The translations under genes were made by a program, and so were the position numbers. Shown here in pieces: positions 28,347-39,684 of a stretch of 64,000 nucleotides of DNA (its first letter is position 1; every line of letters starts with the position of its first letter). Under the pieces are notes generated by a model that did no database searches, was not told the origin of the DNA, and saw only the letters and a list, made by a program, of their open reading frames with translations. The stretch is from Faecalicatena sp. (GTDB lineage Bacteria > Bacillota > Clostridia > Lachnospirales > Lachnospiraceae): positions 14,143-78,142 of the forward strand of contig VSNK01000002.1 in NCBI GenBank assembly GCA_009774255.1, in the 5' to 3' direction.

Positions 28347-29783
28347 CTACTCTATTGTAGCGATCCGCATCATATTACTTACTCCGCCGATTTCTTCCCG
28401 TACGTTCGGTGACGGCATCCCTGCCGTAAGGACAACGATATCTCCCGTGTCCACGAACTGTTTTACCTGTGCAAGCTCGATCGCGCCGTTACAGACATCA
28501 TCCGTCGTGCTGAATTCCAGAGATTTCAGCGGCGTCACTCCCCAGTAAATGGACATCCTGCGGAGTGCCCTGTCGCTGGGTGTAACCCCGAGAATCTCCT
28601 GCCTGGGCTTCATATTGGACACATATCGTGTGGTCGCGCCGGACACAGAGGGTGTAATGATGCATTTTGCGTCCAGATTGGCCGCGGCCAGTACGGAGGA
28701 ATATCCGATTGCCGTGGAAACACTTGATTTCAGGTGGTCTCCGGCCTGGGAAAGCAGCATGTCATAATTCAGGTGCTGTTCCGCGTTCTCTACAATATGC
28801 ACCATCATCTTCAGCGCCTCAAGCGGATATTTTCCGGCAGCAGTCTCCCCGGAGAGCATCACCGCGTCCGTGCCGTCATAGACCGCATTGGCAACATCCG
28901 TCACTTCCGCTCTGGTAGGACGGGGATTCCGGATCATAGAATCCAGCATCTGGGTAGCTGTGATTACGGTTTTAAAATTACTGTTGCATTTCTGAATCAG
29001 CATTTTCTGCAGATAAGGAAGCTCCTCGGCCGGAATCTCCACTCCCAGATCCCCGCGTGCCACCATGATCCCGTCCGCCGCGCGGATGATCTCGTCAATG
29101 TTGCGGATTCCTTCCGCGTTTTCGATCTTGGCGATGATCGGAATATACTGGGCATGCAGAGATTTCAGATAAGCCTTGATCTCCAGGATACATTCCGCGT
29201 TGCGCACAAAAGAGGCCGCGATAAAATCAATATCCTGTTCCACGCCGAACTTGATATCTTCCTTATCCTTTTCCGTTATAGCCGGAAGCCGGACCGGAAC
29301 ATTGGGGACATTGATTCCTTTGCGTTCTCCCAGCTCGCCCCCGTTGAGGATCCGGCATACAATATCCTTTCCGACTTTTTTTACCACTTCCAGCTCGATC
29401 AGGCCGTCATCGATCAATATCTTCTTTCCCCGATCCACATCTTCCGCCAGGCCTTCATAAGTGATGGATACTTTCTGTGCATCCCCCATGATATCTTCCG
29501 GGGTAAGCGTGATCATCTCGCCTGCTTCGAGCTTCACCTTTTTGCCGTCCTTCAATACACCGGTACGGATCTCCGGCCCCTTTGTATCGAGCAAGATCGC
29601 CGTATTGGAATGCTCTTCCTCCCGGACCATCTTCAGCATATCCATTCTGGCTTTCTGTTCCGGATGTGTCCCATGTGAAAAGTTAAAACGCGCCACGTCC
29701 ATCCCGCCCCGGATAATACTGCGCAATACCTCTTTGTCATCCGTACTTGGTCCCATTGTACATACTATTTTTGTTTTCTTCAT
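28347..29783 (-). CDS. pyk: Pyruvate kinase
   Basis: KTKIVCTMGP, RFNFSHG, DTKGPEIR, AKIEN, MVARGDLG, ATQMLDSM, MLSGETA. Confidence 0.97.
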   Translation of the reverse strand: MKKTKIVCTMGPSTDDKEVLRSIIRGGMDVARFNFSHGTHPEQKARMDMLKMVREEEHSNTAILLDTKGPEIRTGVLKDGKKVKLEAGEMITLTPEDIMGDAQKVSITYEGLAEDVDRGKKILIDDGLIELEVVKKVGKDIVCRILNGGELGERKGINVPNVPVRLPAITEKDKEDIKFGVEQDIDFIAASFVRNAECILEIKAYLKSLHAQYIPIIAKIENAEGIRNIDEIIRAADGIMVARGDLGVEIPAEELPYLQKMLIQKCNSNFKTVITATQMLDSMIRNPRPTRAEVTDVANAVYDGTDAVMLSGETAAGKYPLEALKMMVHIVENAEQHLNYDMLLSQAGDHLKSSVSTAIGYSSVLAAANLDAKCIITPSVSGATTRYVSNMKPRQEILGVTPSDRALRRMSIYWGVTPLKSLEFSTTDDVCNGAIELAQVKQFVDTGDIVVLTAGMPSPNVREEIGGVSNMMRIATIE

Positions 29784-29821
29784 TGTTTTCTCCCTTTTTT
29801 CAGATCTATGGTTCCTTTTTC

Positions 29822-29965
29822 GTTACAGTTCACTGGCCAGCCAGCGAACTGTAACGAATCCGGCCTATTTAAAGTTGCCTTACGGCAAGAGGCCGGATTC
29901 CAGCCCCAGTACGTACTGGCCTGTGACCGTGCAGCGTGGTGCACGGCCCAGGAGTGAACAGTAAC
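29822..29965. mobile_element. Type B (A-related) structured MITE-like element
   Basis: GTTACAGTTCAC...GTGAACAGTAAC; flanks CCTTTTTC / CCTTTTTT; near-identical to 53035-53177. Confidence 0.88.
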
Positions 29966-29973
29966 CCTTTTTT

Positions 29974-30966
29974 TCAATTCGAATCTGAATCATATCCCTG
30001 ATTCAGAACCGGATCCGTAAGGCATCCCTCTCCCGTCTGCCCTACCGAATTGCTGTCCGAATTATTGTCCTGATTTATGACCGGATCCGTAAGGCATCCC
30101 TCTCCCGTCTGCCCTACCGAATTATTGTCCGGATTCGTAACCGGATCCGTAAGACATCCTTCTCCTGTCTGGCCTACCGAATTATTGTCCGGATTCGTGA
30201 CCGGATCCGTAAGACATCCTTCTCCGGACTGACCCACATCCGAACCCTGTCCGCCCGAAGCTGCCGGCTGCTGCGTTGCAGGCTGATAATATGTCGGCTC
30301 ATCGTACGACGGCTGATAGCCGGACTGGTCATACTGTGCCTGTTCCGGCACCTGTGTCTGTTCCTCTGCCCCCTGTGTCTCCGGCTGCTCCTTCTGTGCC
30401 TGTTCCGCAGCCGCTGCCTGTGCCTGCTTCTGCGCCTTCAACGCAAGCGCCATCTCCTTTGTGCTGACGATTTCTCCGGATGTGCCGTTTTTGTATTTCA
30501 CAAATCCGATTTCATCTTCATAACACAGCTCCGCCTGTTCCATGCTATCGAGTCCGATTCCGGCGATCTCCACAACATGCCCGTCCGCATAAGACAAATT
30601 GAGATCATAGGCAGTCTGAGACGGGTGCTCTGCCTCCGGTGTATAATACACACATACGGTCTCATCCAATTCAATTTTCATGCCTGCCTGCAAAAGGTTC
30701 GAAGAAGCCTCCTGGGATATGGATGCTTTGATCGCAAGTCCCGTAATCTCTCCGCCCGTATGATTCGTCAGCAAAAGCTTATAAGCATCTGCGGTTTCCT
30801 GGCCGATCGTCTTACTGTACTGCTTGTCTTCTATTCTCACCTCCTGTGCCTGATCCGTCCCTGTCTTCGGTTCTTCCGAAGCCTCCTTTCCTTCTTTCTT
30901 GCCGCACCCAATCACCATGCAGGCCGCGCCGATAATCAACAATTTTACTATTACTGCTTTTTTCAT
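29974..30966 (-). CDS. Putative lipoprotein with Gln/Ala/Pro linker and four C-terminal Cys-containing repeats
   Basis: Signal MKKAVIVKLLIIGAACMVIGC (lipobox-like VIGC); VGQ(S/T)GEGCLTDPV x4. Confidence 0.8.
   Translation of the reverse strand: MKKAVIVKLLIIGAACMVIGCGKKEGKEASEEPKTGTDQAQEVRIEDKQYSKTIGQETADAYKLLLTNHTGGEITGLAIKASISQEASSNLLQAGMKIELDETVCVYYTPEAEHPSQTAYDLNLSYADGHVVEIAGIGLDSMEQAELCYEDEIGFVKYKNGTSGEIVSTKEMALALKAQKQAQAAAAEQAQKEQPETQGAEEQTQVPEQAQYDQSGYQPSYDEPTYYQPATQQPAASGGQGSDVGQSGEGCLTDPVTNPDNNSVGQTGEGCLTDPVTNPDNNSVGQTGEGCLTDPVINQDNNSDSNSVGQTGEGCLTDPVLNQGYDSDSN
29998..30240 (-). repeat. Coding tandem repeat, 60-bp unit (one 72-bp unit), four copies
   Basis: ACCGGATCCGTAAG(G/A)CATCC recurs near 30008, 30080, 30140 and 30200. 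Confidence 0.92.
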
Positions 30967-31020
30967 AAAAATCTCATCCTTTCTTGTATTGCTTTGTCTT
31001 TTGTTCTTTATCTTGTAAGA

Positions 31021-32436
31021 TTATCTTGTAAAATCTTCTGTCTTTGCAAGTACTTGTGTATTTCCATTTTCTATAATGATATCAATATGTACGGTCCCCT
31101 CCGGAACCGAAGTTCCTCTCAGATAAAGCTTATATCCGTCGTCATTCCATCCGCCCGCTTCCCTGTGCGAAGTTCGGAATGCCTCATATGTAACGGATGT
31201 ACCGCTGTCTGTCCTGACAGACACATAGATACCGGTATCCCTGTCCGTATAATTCGGATCCAGAATTCCTTCCACCACATACCAGGAACCATCCTCCCTT
31301 ATGGACATCGTTGTATCGGTCGCTGCCGCGGTGAGATTATCCAGGATCCTGATTGGCCCCTCCATGACAGGGGGCTGTTCCGCGAAGAAGGAGAGTCTTC
31401 TCTCCACTCGTTCTACGATCACATATTCCGGCCGGTACTGATCCAGATTCCCCAGATTATAGGGAATCAGTCTGGAAAAATATCCATGTTCGAATTCATT
31501 TGCCAGAAAGGGAAGCATGGAATTTCCGAAGGAATCCCGGTAGATCAGAAGAGTTCCCTGTCCGTTCGGATTGATCGTCTCGATCCAGTCCGCCTCCTCA
31601 TCTTCCACATCATTTACATATGCATAGATCGGGATCCTGTCGTAATACACGTTGTCCTCCGGCTGCACGGCCACGGAATAAAGCATCTCTGCCAGGTCAC
31701 CGGTATGCTCTCTGCGAATCTCATAAGAAGAATAGGCAGACGCATCATACTCCTTGCCAAGAGCGTCCAACAGCCTCCTGCAGACCAGCAGCGCCCCCTT
31801 GTTATTCCAGTGAGAATCTCCGTGCAGATACAGACATTCGTGCGAATTTTCAAAAATATGATATAAGTCCACATAATGAATCCCTGCCTGTCCAAGCAAA
31901 GGAGCAAGGCGGGAATGGTTGTTCTCATCTCCCCTCAGATATGTGGACGGCATATTGCTGCCATAAACCGAATTCTTGTTGGGGGCAATGGTAAGAATGA
32001 ACTTACTCCCTCTGCTCTCGATATACTGCTGCATCAGAGTGAGATTGTAGACCGCGTTGTAAAGTCCCTTTTCGGACATCAGATTCTCTCCCAGGTAATC
32101 ATCCATTGTCCCTGTATAATAAAGCCAGTCATCCTTTCCCATAATGACCTGGTCGGAGGCCGACACACCCAGCAGAGCGCCCTTAAGCACCGCATTGGCC
32201 GCCACCAGCTCCTGCCGGAACGCAAAATGCTCCTCAAAATAGCCGCCCAGTTCCCCCAGATAGCCGACATTCCATTTCCCGTCTGATTTCAGCTTCGGCA
32301 TTTCCGCCAGTTCTTTATTCTCCGTTGTCTCATTCGTCGCCGCCACGGTCATCCCTGCAAAGGGAATCATGACCATTAGAAGAACAACGGCGATATAGAT
32401 CAGATACCAGATTTTCTTTTTCATATTCTCATCCAT
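31021..32436 (-). CDS. DHHW/AlgJ-AlgX-type SGNH-like acyltransferase, membrane anchored
   Basis: N-terminal TM, GKDDWLYY, IAPNKNSVY, GDSHWN (DxHW), GDL, YRDSFG (catalytic-Ser-like). Confidence 0.8.
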   Translation of the reverse strand: MDENMKKKIWYLIYIAVVLLMVMIPFAGMTVAATNETTENKELAEMPKLKSDGKWNVGYLGELGGYFEEHFAFRQELVAANAVLKGALLGVSASDQVIMGKDDWLYYTGTMDDYLGENLMSEKGLYNAVYNLTLMQQYIESRGSKFILTIAPNKNSVYGSNMPSTYLRGDENNHSRLAPLLGQAGIHYVDLYHIFENSHECLYLHGDSHWNNKGALLVCRRLLDALGKEYDASAYSSYEIRREHTGDLAEMLYSVAVQPEDNVYYDRIPIYAYVNDVEDEEADWIETINPNGQGTLLIYRDSFGNSMLPFLANEFEHGYFSRLIPYNLGNLDQYRPEYVIVERVERRLSFFAEQPPVMEGPIRILDNLTAAATDTTMSIREDGSWYVVEGILDPNYTDRDTGIYVSVRTDSGTSVTYEAFRTSHREAGGWNDDGYKLYLRGTSVPEGTVHIDIIIENGNTQVLAKTEDFTR

Positions 32437-32490
32437 TTCATTCTTTTTGCAGGAAGTTCACTTCCGAAAGCCCGGATTCATAACTGATGT

Positions 32491-33894
32491 TTAGAACCGG
32501 AAATAAATAAACGGATTGTAGGTGCCGCCGGAAAGACTCAGGATGCTAAACCCCAAAAGGATGATACTTCCCACATAGGATCCGGGAGTCCATATCCTGA
32601 TGGCCGCCTCCCGATACCGCCCGGGCAACTTTTCGCTCAGATGCTTCACCGGACAGGAGGCGATAACGCAGATCCCCGTGACCAGCACGAGCAGCGGATT
32701 CACCTGCCGCAGACAGAAGCTCATTTCTTCCGGTCCGAAAGACATTCCGGTAAACATCTTTCCGATCAGAGCCATCCCCTGATGAAGCGTCTCCGCACGG
32801 AAAATCACAAATCCAACACAGACTGCCAGTAAGGTATAGATATGCCCCAGTACTTTGGGCAGCTTTTTCACCGGCAGGATTCCTTCCAACAATAAAAACA
32901 GGCCATGATACAGACCCCAGACAACAAATGTCCAGCTGGCCCCATGCCATAACCCGGTACAGAAGAACACAATCAGCCTGTTCACATATGTCCGTGCCGT
33001 CCCTTTCCTGTTGCCGCCGAGCGGAATATACAGATATTCCTTGAACCATGTAGAAAGCGAAATATGCCATCTGCGCCAGAATTCCTGTACACTGCAGGAT
33101 ATATATGGGTAATTGAAGTTCTCCTGAAAAGTAAATCCGAACATGTGCCCCAGCCCGATCGCCATATCACTGTAGCCGGAAAAGTCAAAATAAATCTGGA
33201 ACAGGTAGGACACGGCTCCCATCCATGCGGATAAGATGTTGATCCTGGACAATTCCGCAGTAAATACCGCGTCCGCTGCCAGGGCGGACACATTGGAAAG
33301 AAGTACCTTCTTGGAAAGGCCGACAATAAATCTGCGGAAGCCCCGCGCGATCTCATCCACGTCGTATGTTCTATGTGAGATCTGTTGTTCGATATCATGA
33401 TATTTTACGATAGGACCGGCGATCAACTGCGGAAAAAAGGAAATATAGAGCAGCATATTTCCATAATTTTTCTGCGCCCTTACCTGTCCTCTGTATACGT
33501 CTACGACATAGGACAATGCCTGGAACGTAAAAAAGGAAATTCCGATCGGAAGGCTGACTCTCAAAAGCGGAATATCCGCCCCTGTAAGATAATTGCACGT
33601 GTCAATCAGCATGTCCGCATATTTAAAGATTCCGAGAATCAGAAAATTGGTGCACACGGCCATGATCAGAATCACTTTTCTCTTTTCTGTCTTCTCAAGC
33701 AAAACCCCATACAGATAATTCATGCCCGCGCTGCCCACCATCAGAAGCACATAGACAGGTTCTCCGTACGCATAGAACAGCAGACTGCTGATGATCAGCA
33801 GAACGTTCCTGGCAGAAACGGAGGGTATCAGATAATACAGCAAAAATACCACCGGAAAAAATACACAAAGAAATACTAATGAACTAAAAACCAT
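32491..33894 (-). CDS. MBOAT O-acyltransferase (AlgI/DltB/PatA type) with fused C-terminal FIYFRF motif
   Basis: LPIGISFFTFQ, FFPQLIAGPI, YFDFSGYSDMAIG, FWRRWHISLS.W, GLWHGA, ...YNPFIYFRF-stop. Confidence 0.95.
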   Translation of the reverse strand: MVFSSLVFLCVFFPVVFLLYYLIPSVSARNVLLIISSLLFYAYGEPVYVLLMVGSAGMNYLYGVLLEKTEKRKVILIMAVCTNFLILGIFKYADMLIDTCNYLTGADIPLLRVSLPIGISFFTFQALSYVVDVYRGQVRAQKNYGNMLLYISFFPQLIAGPIVKYHDIEQQISHRTYDVDEIARGFRRFIVGLSKKVLLSNVSALAADAVFTAELSRINILSAWMGAVSYLFQIYFDFSGYSDMAIGLGHMFGFTFQENFNYPYISCSVQEFWRRWHISLSTWFKEYLYIPLGGNRKGTARTYVNRLIVFFCTGLWHGASWTFVVWGLYHGLFLLLEGILPVKKLPKVLGHIYTLLAVCVGFVIFRAETLHQGMALIGKMFTGMSFGPEEMSFCLRQVNPLLVLVTGICVIASCPVKHLSEKLPGRYREAAIRIWTPGSYVGSIILLGFSILSLSGGTYNPFIYFRF

Positions 33895-33924
33895 AGTTTT
33901 TCTCCAAAAGTCCCCTCATCCTCA

Positions 33925-34755
33925 TCACTTTACATGCTCATGTGTAAACAGATGCTCCTGGCAATACTCAAAATTCCCATTACATTTGGAACAAAAACGG
34001 AATTCCAGTGTCGGATCATCCAGTTCTGTTTTCCCGCATACCGCGCAGCGGTGCATGGCTCCGCCTGCATATGTCATGTGCGGACGTGCCTGCTTCTTGA
34101 ACTTCCGCTTCCTTGCCTGCTCCTTCGGTGTGTAAGGCCGTATGTTCCTTCCGGACAGGAAGAACAGGATAAAATTCAGCAGGGAAGCCACAATGGCTGT
34201 CCTCGTCATCCAATTTCCCCTGACCAGGTCATACAGGATATAGGCCACATATACATATGCCATCCACTTGATTTTGATGGGCAGTACAAAATACAGCAGA
34301 AGCTCCATATCCGGATAGCTTGCCGCAAACGCGAGAAAAATAGACATATTGATATAATAGGTGCTGAAAAAGCCCCCGTATCCCACGACACCTATCCCGA
34401 TGATCAGCGCCAGGAAGAACGCCCCCAGCACGGTAAACAGGATCCCGGAAAAAATATAGACATTGTAGCGGAATGCCCCCCATGTCCTCTCCAGAGCTGT
34501 ACCGAGCTGATAATACAGCAGCATCATGATCACGATCGTAAGAGGGCTTCCGCTGGGCGGCACAAGCACCCAGGAAAAGAGCCGCCAGATCTGTCCCCTT
34601 AAAATATATGCGGGTTCCAGCGTCAGCCATACAAGCAGGCCCGGATATAGAAGCGAGATCACATATCCGACCACATACCCGCCGATCAGATACATAGTCA
34701 GGTTCGGAATCGCATATCTGCCAAATTTTCTTTCTAATTTATCCAACCAGTTCAA
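33925..34755 (-). CDS. Conserved membrane protein (rhomboid-like fold suspected) with C-terminal Cys/His zinc-ribbon
   Basis: GQIWRLFSW, LERTWG; C-terminal HRCAVC...FCSKC...YCQEHLFTHEH; TTG start. Confidence 0.7.
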   Translation of the reverse strand: MNWLDKLERKFGRYAIPNLTMYLIGGYVVGYVISLLYPGLLVWLTLEPAYILRGQIWRLFSWVLVPPSGSPLTIVIMMLLYYQLGTALERTWGAFRYNVYIFSGILFTVLGAFFLALIIGIGVVGYGGFFSTYYINMSIFLAFAASYPDMELLLYFVLPIKIKWMAYVYVAYILYDLVRGNWMTRTAIVASLLNFILFFLSGRNIRPYTPKEQARKRKFKKQARPHMTYAGGAMHRCAVCGKTELDDPTLEFRFCSKCNGNFEYCQEHLFTHEHVK

Positions 34756-34822
34756 ATGTCACCCTCTCCTCTTTTTCTTGATCACTGCATTTTTCTTTTT
34801 CTTAAAATCTTCTCATACAAAT

Positions 34823-35014
34823 GATGAAAGCGTCAAAAGGTATTTTGACACTATGATACACGGATTTCTCCGCGCTTCGCGCTTCCAAAATCCTAAAACA
34901 CCTCAAATCCGCTCATTTTTCTATGAAAACTGTCTGCTTTTCGGTGTTTTTTGCGTTCCAAATTCATGCTTTTTCATGCAGTCATGAAACGCATGACCTT
35001 TTGACACTCGTATC
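34823..35014. mobile_element. Type G structured MITE-like element
   Basis: TIR GATGAAAGCGTCAAAAGGT / ACCTTTTGACACTCGTATC; 8-bp TSD ATACAAAT (34815-34822, 35015-35022); internal third TIR copy TTTTGACACT. Confidence 0.7.
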
Positions 35015-35108
35015 ATACAAATGTAATTGTACCGTCAGGAGTCGTTTTTGTCAAATAGATGTTATGATTTTTCTGTTAATTTTGTATAAAACTCCCTTAC
35101 TTTTCCGA

Positions 35109-35137
35109 TTGTCTTTTTTTTGAACATGTCGTATAAT
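35109..35137 (+). promoter_or_regulatory. Sigma-A-type promoter
   Basis: TTGTCT-N17-TATAAT. Confidence 0.6.
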
Positions 35138-35219
35138 GTATTTTGTTGTCGATAGATAATCAACATTTAATAGGAAGTAACTGTCATAAAATCTTTATAA
35201 ATAAGGATGTGGTAATTAT

Positions 35220-38200
35220 ATGAATTTAAATGACTTATATAGCTTGGGAATTGATATCGGTTCAACCACAGTCAAGATCGCGGTGCTAAACAGCAGCCGC
35301 GAGGTTCTGTTCTCCGATTATGAGCGGCATTTTGCCAATATTCAGGAGACACTCTCCGATCTGCTTGGCCGTGCTTTATACGCTCTGGGCCCCATCCGTG
35401 TCTCACCGGTCATTACCGGAAGCGGCGGTCTGACCCTTGCCAGGCATCTCCAGGTGCCGTTTGTGCAGGAAGTCATCGCAGTTTCTTCCGCGCTGCAGGA
35501 CTACGCGCCTCAGACAGACGTAGCGATCGAACTGGGCGGAGAAGACGCGAAGATCATTTATTTTGAAGGCGGAAATGTGGAGCAGCGTATGAACGGTGTC
35601 TGTGCCGGAGGTACCGGCTCGTTCATTGACCAGATGGCATCTCTTCTGCAGACGGATGCTTCCGGACTCAATACCTATGCAAAAAATTATAAAGCACTCT
35701 ACTCTATCGCGGCCCGCTGCGGTGTATTTGCAAAATCTGACATCCAGCCGCTGATCAACGAGGGAGCTTCCAAGGAAGATCTGGCCGCTTCCATTTTTCA
35801 GGCAGTGGTGAACCAGACGATCAGCGGGCTGGCCTGCGGGAAGCCGATCCGCGGACATGTGGCTTTTCTGGGTGGTCCTCTGCACTTTTTATCCGAGCTG
35901 CGGGAAGCGTTTGTCCGGACCTTAAAGCTGGATGACGAGCATACGATTGTTCCGCACAAGTCCCACCTTTTTGCCGCCATCGGTTCCGCGCTGAACGCGA
36001 AGAATGAGGCAAAAGTACCGCTGAGGGAACTGCAGGAACGTCTGGCGGGCAAGATCCAGATGGAATTCGAAGTGGACCGGATGGAACCGCTCTTTACGTC
36101 CACCATGGAATACGAAGCATTTATCAGCCGCCACAACAGGCATCAGGTTCCTGTGAGAGATCTGGCTTCCTATCACGGAAAGGCTTTCTTAGGGATCGAT
36201 GCCGGCTCTACCACAACCAAAGCCGCCCTTGTCGGCGAAGACGGGACGCTCTTGTATTCCTTTTACCACAATAATGAGGGGGATCCCCTTGGCACCACCA
36301 TCCGGGCCATCAAGGATATCTACCGTCAGCTTCCCGGGGATGTGGAGATCGTCCACTCCTGCTCTACCGGCTATGGAGAAGCGCTGATCAAGGCCGCTCT
36401 CCTTCTGGATGAAGGCGAGGTTGAGACTGTGTCCCACTACTATGCCGCATCATATTTCGAGCCGGATGTGGACTGCATTCTGGACATCGGCGGCCAGGAC
36501 ATGAAATGCATCAAGATCAAAAATCAGACCGTGGACAGCGTCCAGCTCAACGAGGCCTGCTCTTCCGGCTGCGGCTCTTTTATTGAGACCTTTGCGAAAT
36601 CCCTGAATTATACCGTAGAAGATTTCGCACATGAAGCCTTATATGCGCGCAACCCTATTGACCTGGGAACCCGCTGTACCGTATTCATGAATTCCAAGGT
36701 AAAGCAGGCTCAGAAGGAAGGGGCTGCGGTGGCGGATATTTCCGCGGGGCTTGCCTATTCCGTGATCAAGAACGCCCTGTTCAAGGTCATCAAGGTATCG
36801 GATGCGTCCGAACTGGGAGAGCATATCGTCGTACAGGGCGGAACTTTCTACAACAACGCCGTCCTGCGCAGCTTCGAGAAGATCGCGAACTGCGAGGCCA
36901 TCCGGCCGGATATCGCCGGAATCATGGGAGCTTTCGGCGCCGCTCTGATCGCCCGGGAGCGTTATACGGAATGCGAAGGAACGACCATGCTCTCTATTGA
37001 GGACATCAACGCCCTGGAATACTCCACCACGATGACTAAGTGTAAGGGCTGTACCAACAACTGCCGGCTGACTGTCAGCCATTTCAGCGGCGGAAGGCGT
37101 TTTATCACCGGGAATCGCTGCGAGCGGGGACTGGGCAAGGAAAAATCTGTCAACCAGGTGCCCAATCTGTTCGATTATAAGATGAAGCGCTATTTCGGCT
37201 ATACCCCGCTGAAAAGGGAAGAAGCCTTCCGGGGTTCCATCGGGATTCCGCGTGTGCTGAATATTTATGAGAATTATCCCTTCTGGTTTACATTCTTTAC
37301 AAAACTGAAGTTCCGGGTAGTACTCTCCCCGGCTTCTACCAGAAAAATTTATGAATTGGGGATCGAATCCATCCCCAGCGAATCCGAATGTTATCCGGCA
37401 AAGCTGGCCCACGGGCATATACAGTGGCTGATCAACGAAGGCGTGAGACATATTTTCTACCCTTCGATCCCCTATGAGAGGAAGGAATTCGAGGATGCCA
37501 ACAACCATTACAACTGCCCCATTGTCACCTCCTATCCGGAGAATATTAAGAACAATATGGACCCCATCGTAAAGGGCGAGGTTGATTTTATCCACCCGTT
37601 CTTAAGCTTCCGGAGCGAAGAAACCATCTCTCTCCGGCTGACGGAAGAGCTTTCCCAAAAGTTCTCGATCTCCGCCGAGGAGATCCGTACTGCCGTACAT
37701 GAGGCATGGACCGAGCTGGCGGCGTGCCGTGAGGATATGCGCAGAAAAGGGGAAGAGACGATTCAGTTTCTGAATGACACCGGGAACCGCGGCATCGTAC
37801 TTGCCGGACGCCCCTATCACATTGACCCGGAGGTCAACCACGGTCTGCCTGAGCTGATTACATCCTACAATATCGCGGTTCTGACCGAGGACTCCGTGTC
37901 CCACCTGCATCCGGTAGAGCGCCCTCTCAACGTGATGGACCAGTGGATGTACCATTCCCGTCTGTATGCGGCGGCAAATTATGTAAAGACGGTGGATAAT
38001 CTGGATCTCATTCAGTTAAATTCCTTCGGATGCGGCCTGGATGCGGTCACCACGGATCAGGTGGCGGAAATTCTCACCAGCTCCGATAAGATCTATACCA
38101 CACTCAAGATCGATGAGGTGAATAACCTTGGGGCTGCCCGGATCCGTGTACGCTCCCTGCTGGCAGCGATCCGTGTGCGGGAACAGCGGAATGCGAAGCG

Positions 38201-39548
38201 GAATATCTGTCCGGCCTCCATTGAGAAGATTCCTTTCACAAAGGAGATGCGCAGGACCTATACCATCCTCTGCCCCCAGATGTCGCCGATCCATTTTGAA
38301 CTGCTCGAGCCAGCTTTTCAGGCCTCAGGCTACAAGATCGAGGTTCTTCCGAATGACAACAAGCAGGCCGTGGACGTGGGATTAAAATATGTAAACAACG
38401 ACGCCTGCTATCCTTCTCTGATGGTAGTCGGGCAGATCATGGACGCGATTTTATCCGGTAAATATGATACCAGCCATCTGGCGGTGATTATTACTCAGAC
38501 CGGGGGCGGCTGCCGTGCCTCCAATTACATCGGATTTATCCGCAGGGCGCTGAAAAAGGCCGGCTATTCTCATATCCCGGTGATCTCTCTGAACTTAAGC
38601 GGCCTGGAGGAAAACCCGGGATTTAAGCTGACGCCGATCCTGATACTGCGCGGAATCTACAGTCTCGTACTTGGAGATATTTTTATGAAATGTGTGTACC
38701 GGATACGCCCTTACGAGGCCGTACCTGGAAGCACAAATGCCATGCACCGGAAATGGGTGGAGATCTGCAGGCAATTCCTGTCCCACGGATATCCTTCCCG
38801 AAGCGGGTTCAAAAAGCTCTGCCGGGATATCATTCAGGATTTTGACAATCTGGAGCTTCAGGATATCCGGAAACCAAAGGTCGGCGTCGTGGGAGAGATC
38901 CTTGTAAAATTTCTTCCCGCCGCAAACAATTACCTGGTGGAGTTGCTGGAAAGCGAAGGTGCGGAGGCAGTCGTCCCGGATCTTCTGGATTTCCTGATGT
39001 ACTGCTTCTACAATCAGAATTTCAAGGTATCCCATTTAGGACTGGAGAAATCCAAGGCCACCCTCGGAAATCTTGGAATCAAGGTGCTGGAATGGTTCCG
39101 CGCCCCCGCCACAAAGGCATTTCAGGCAAGTAGGCATTTTGATCCTCCCACACCGATCGAGAAGCTGGCAGAAATGGCTTCCGGAATCGTCTCCCTGGGA
39201 AATCAGACCGGAGAAGGCTGGTTCCTGACCGGAGAAATGCTGGAACTGATACATAGCGGTACGGAAAACATCGTATGTACCCAGCCCTTTGCCTGCCTGC
39301 CAAACCATGTGGTCGGAAAAGGAGTCATCAAGGAATTACGCAGGCTCTATCCCCAGTCCAATGTGGTCGCCATTGATTTTGACCCGGGGGCAAGCGAAGT
39401 CAACCAGCTCAACCGGATTAAGCTGATGCTCTCTACGGCAAATAAAAATTTAGAGATCGACTCAGAAAAGCTCGGCGAAAAAAACAGGCTTGCGGAAGAA
39501 AGTGAGCTCTCTGCTTTCCCATTACAAAAAAACTACGGAAGCCTCTGA
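35220..39548 (+). CDS. 2-hydroxyacyl-CoA dehydratase activase-related multidomain protein (two BadF/BcrAD ATPase domains plus DUF2229-like region)
   Basis: [10 protein letters not shown] and [45 protein letters not shown]. Confidence 0.88.
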   Translation: MNLNDLYSLGIDIGSTTVKIAVLNSSREVLFSDYERHFANIQETLSDLLGRALYALGPIRVSPVITGSGGLTLARHLQVPFVQEVIAVSSALQDYAPQTDVAIELGGEDAKIIYFEGGNVEQRMNGVCAGGTGSFIDQMASLLQTDASGLNTYAKNYKALYSIAARCGVFAKSDIQPLINEGASKEDLAASIFQAVVNQTISGLACGKPIRGHVAFLGGPLHFLSELREAFVRTLKLDDEHTIVPHKSHLFAAIGSALNAKNEAKVPLRELQERLAGKIQMEFEVDRMEPLFTSTMEYEAFISRHNRHQVPVRDLASYHGKAFLGIDAGSTTTKAALVGEDGTLLYSFYHNNEGDPLGTTIRAIKDIYRQLPGDVEIVHSCSTGYGEALIKAALLLDEGEVETVSHYYAASYFEPDVDCILDIGGQDMKCIKIKNQTVDSVQLNEACSSGCGSFIETFAKSLNYTVEDFAHEALYARNPIDLGTRCTVFMNSKVKQAQKEGAAVADISAGLAYSVIKNALFKVIKVSDASELGEHIVVQGGTFYNNAVLRSFEKIANCEAIRPDIAGIMGAFGAALIARERYTECEGTTMLSIEDINALEYSTTMTKCKGCTNNCRLTVSHFSGGRRFITGNRCERGLGKEKSVNQVPNLFDYKMKRYFGYTPLKREEAFRGSIGIPRVLNIYENYPFWFTFFTKLKFRVVLSPASTRKIYELGIESIPSESECYPAKLAHGHIQWLINEGVRHIFYPSIPYERKEFEDANNHYNCPIVTSYPENIKNNMDPIVKGEVDFIHPFLSFRSEETISLRLTEELSQKFSISAEEIRTAVHEAWTELAACREDMRRKGEETIQFLNDTGNRGIVLAGRPYHIDPEVNHGLPELITSYNIAVLTEDSVSHLHPVERPLNVMDQWMYHSRLYAAANYVKTVDNLDLIQLNSFGCGLDAVTTDQVAEILTSSDKIYTTLKIDEVNNLGAARIRVRSLLAAIRVREQRNAKRNICPASIEKIPFTKEMRRTYTILCPQMSPIHFELLEPAFQASGYKIEVLPNDNKQAVDVGLKYVNNDACYPSLMVVGQIMDAILSGKYDTSHLAVIITQTGGGCRASNYIGFIRRALKKAGYSHIPVISLNLSGLEENPGFKLTPILILRGIYSLVLGDIFMKCVYRIRPYEAVPGSTNAMHRKWVEICRQFLSHGYPSRSGFKKLCRDIIQDFDNLELQDIRKPKVGVVGEILVKFLPAANNYLVELLESEGAEAVVPDLLDFLMYCFYNQNFKVSHLGLEKSKATLGNLGIKVLEWFRAPATKAFQASRHFDPPTPIEKLAEMASGIVSLGNQTGEGWFLTGEMLELIHSGTENIVCTQPFACLPNHVVGKGVIKELRRLYPQSNVVAIDFDPGASEVNQLNRIKLMLSTANKNLEIDSEKLGEKNRLAEESELSAFPLQKNYGSL

Positions 39549-39578
39549 TATGCAAAACATAAAAATCGTAATATAAAT

Positions 39579-39613
39579 AAAAAAGCATCTATAAGTACTA
39601 TAGATGCTTTTTT
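39579..39613. terminator. Bidirectional intrinsic terminator
   Basis: AAAAAGCATCTATA-AGTAC-TATAGATGCTTTTT. Confidence 0.8.
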
Positions 39614-39684
39614 GTTACGCCCGCCCGGCTCCGGCCCTTTTCTGCCGCCGCCAGATATATGATTTGCCCGTCAAAAGTCCGTTT

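Noticed and set aside
29998..30240. 60-bp repeats as a CRISPR array
   Set aside because: In-frame coding repeats with near-identical intervening sequence.
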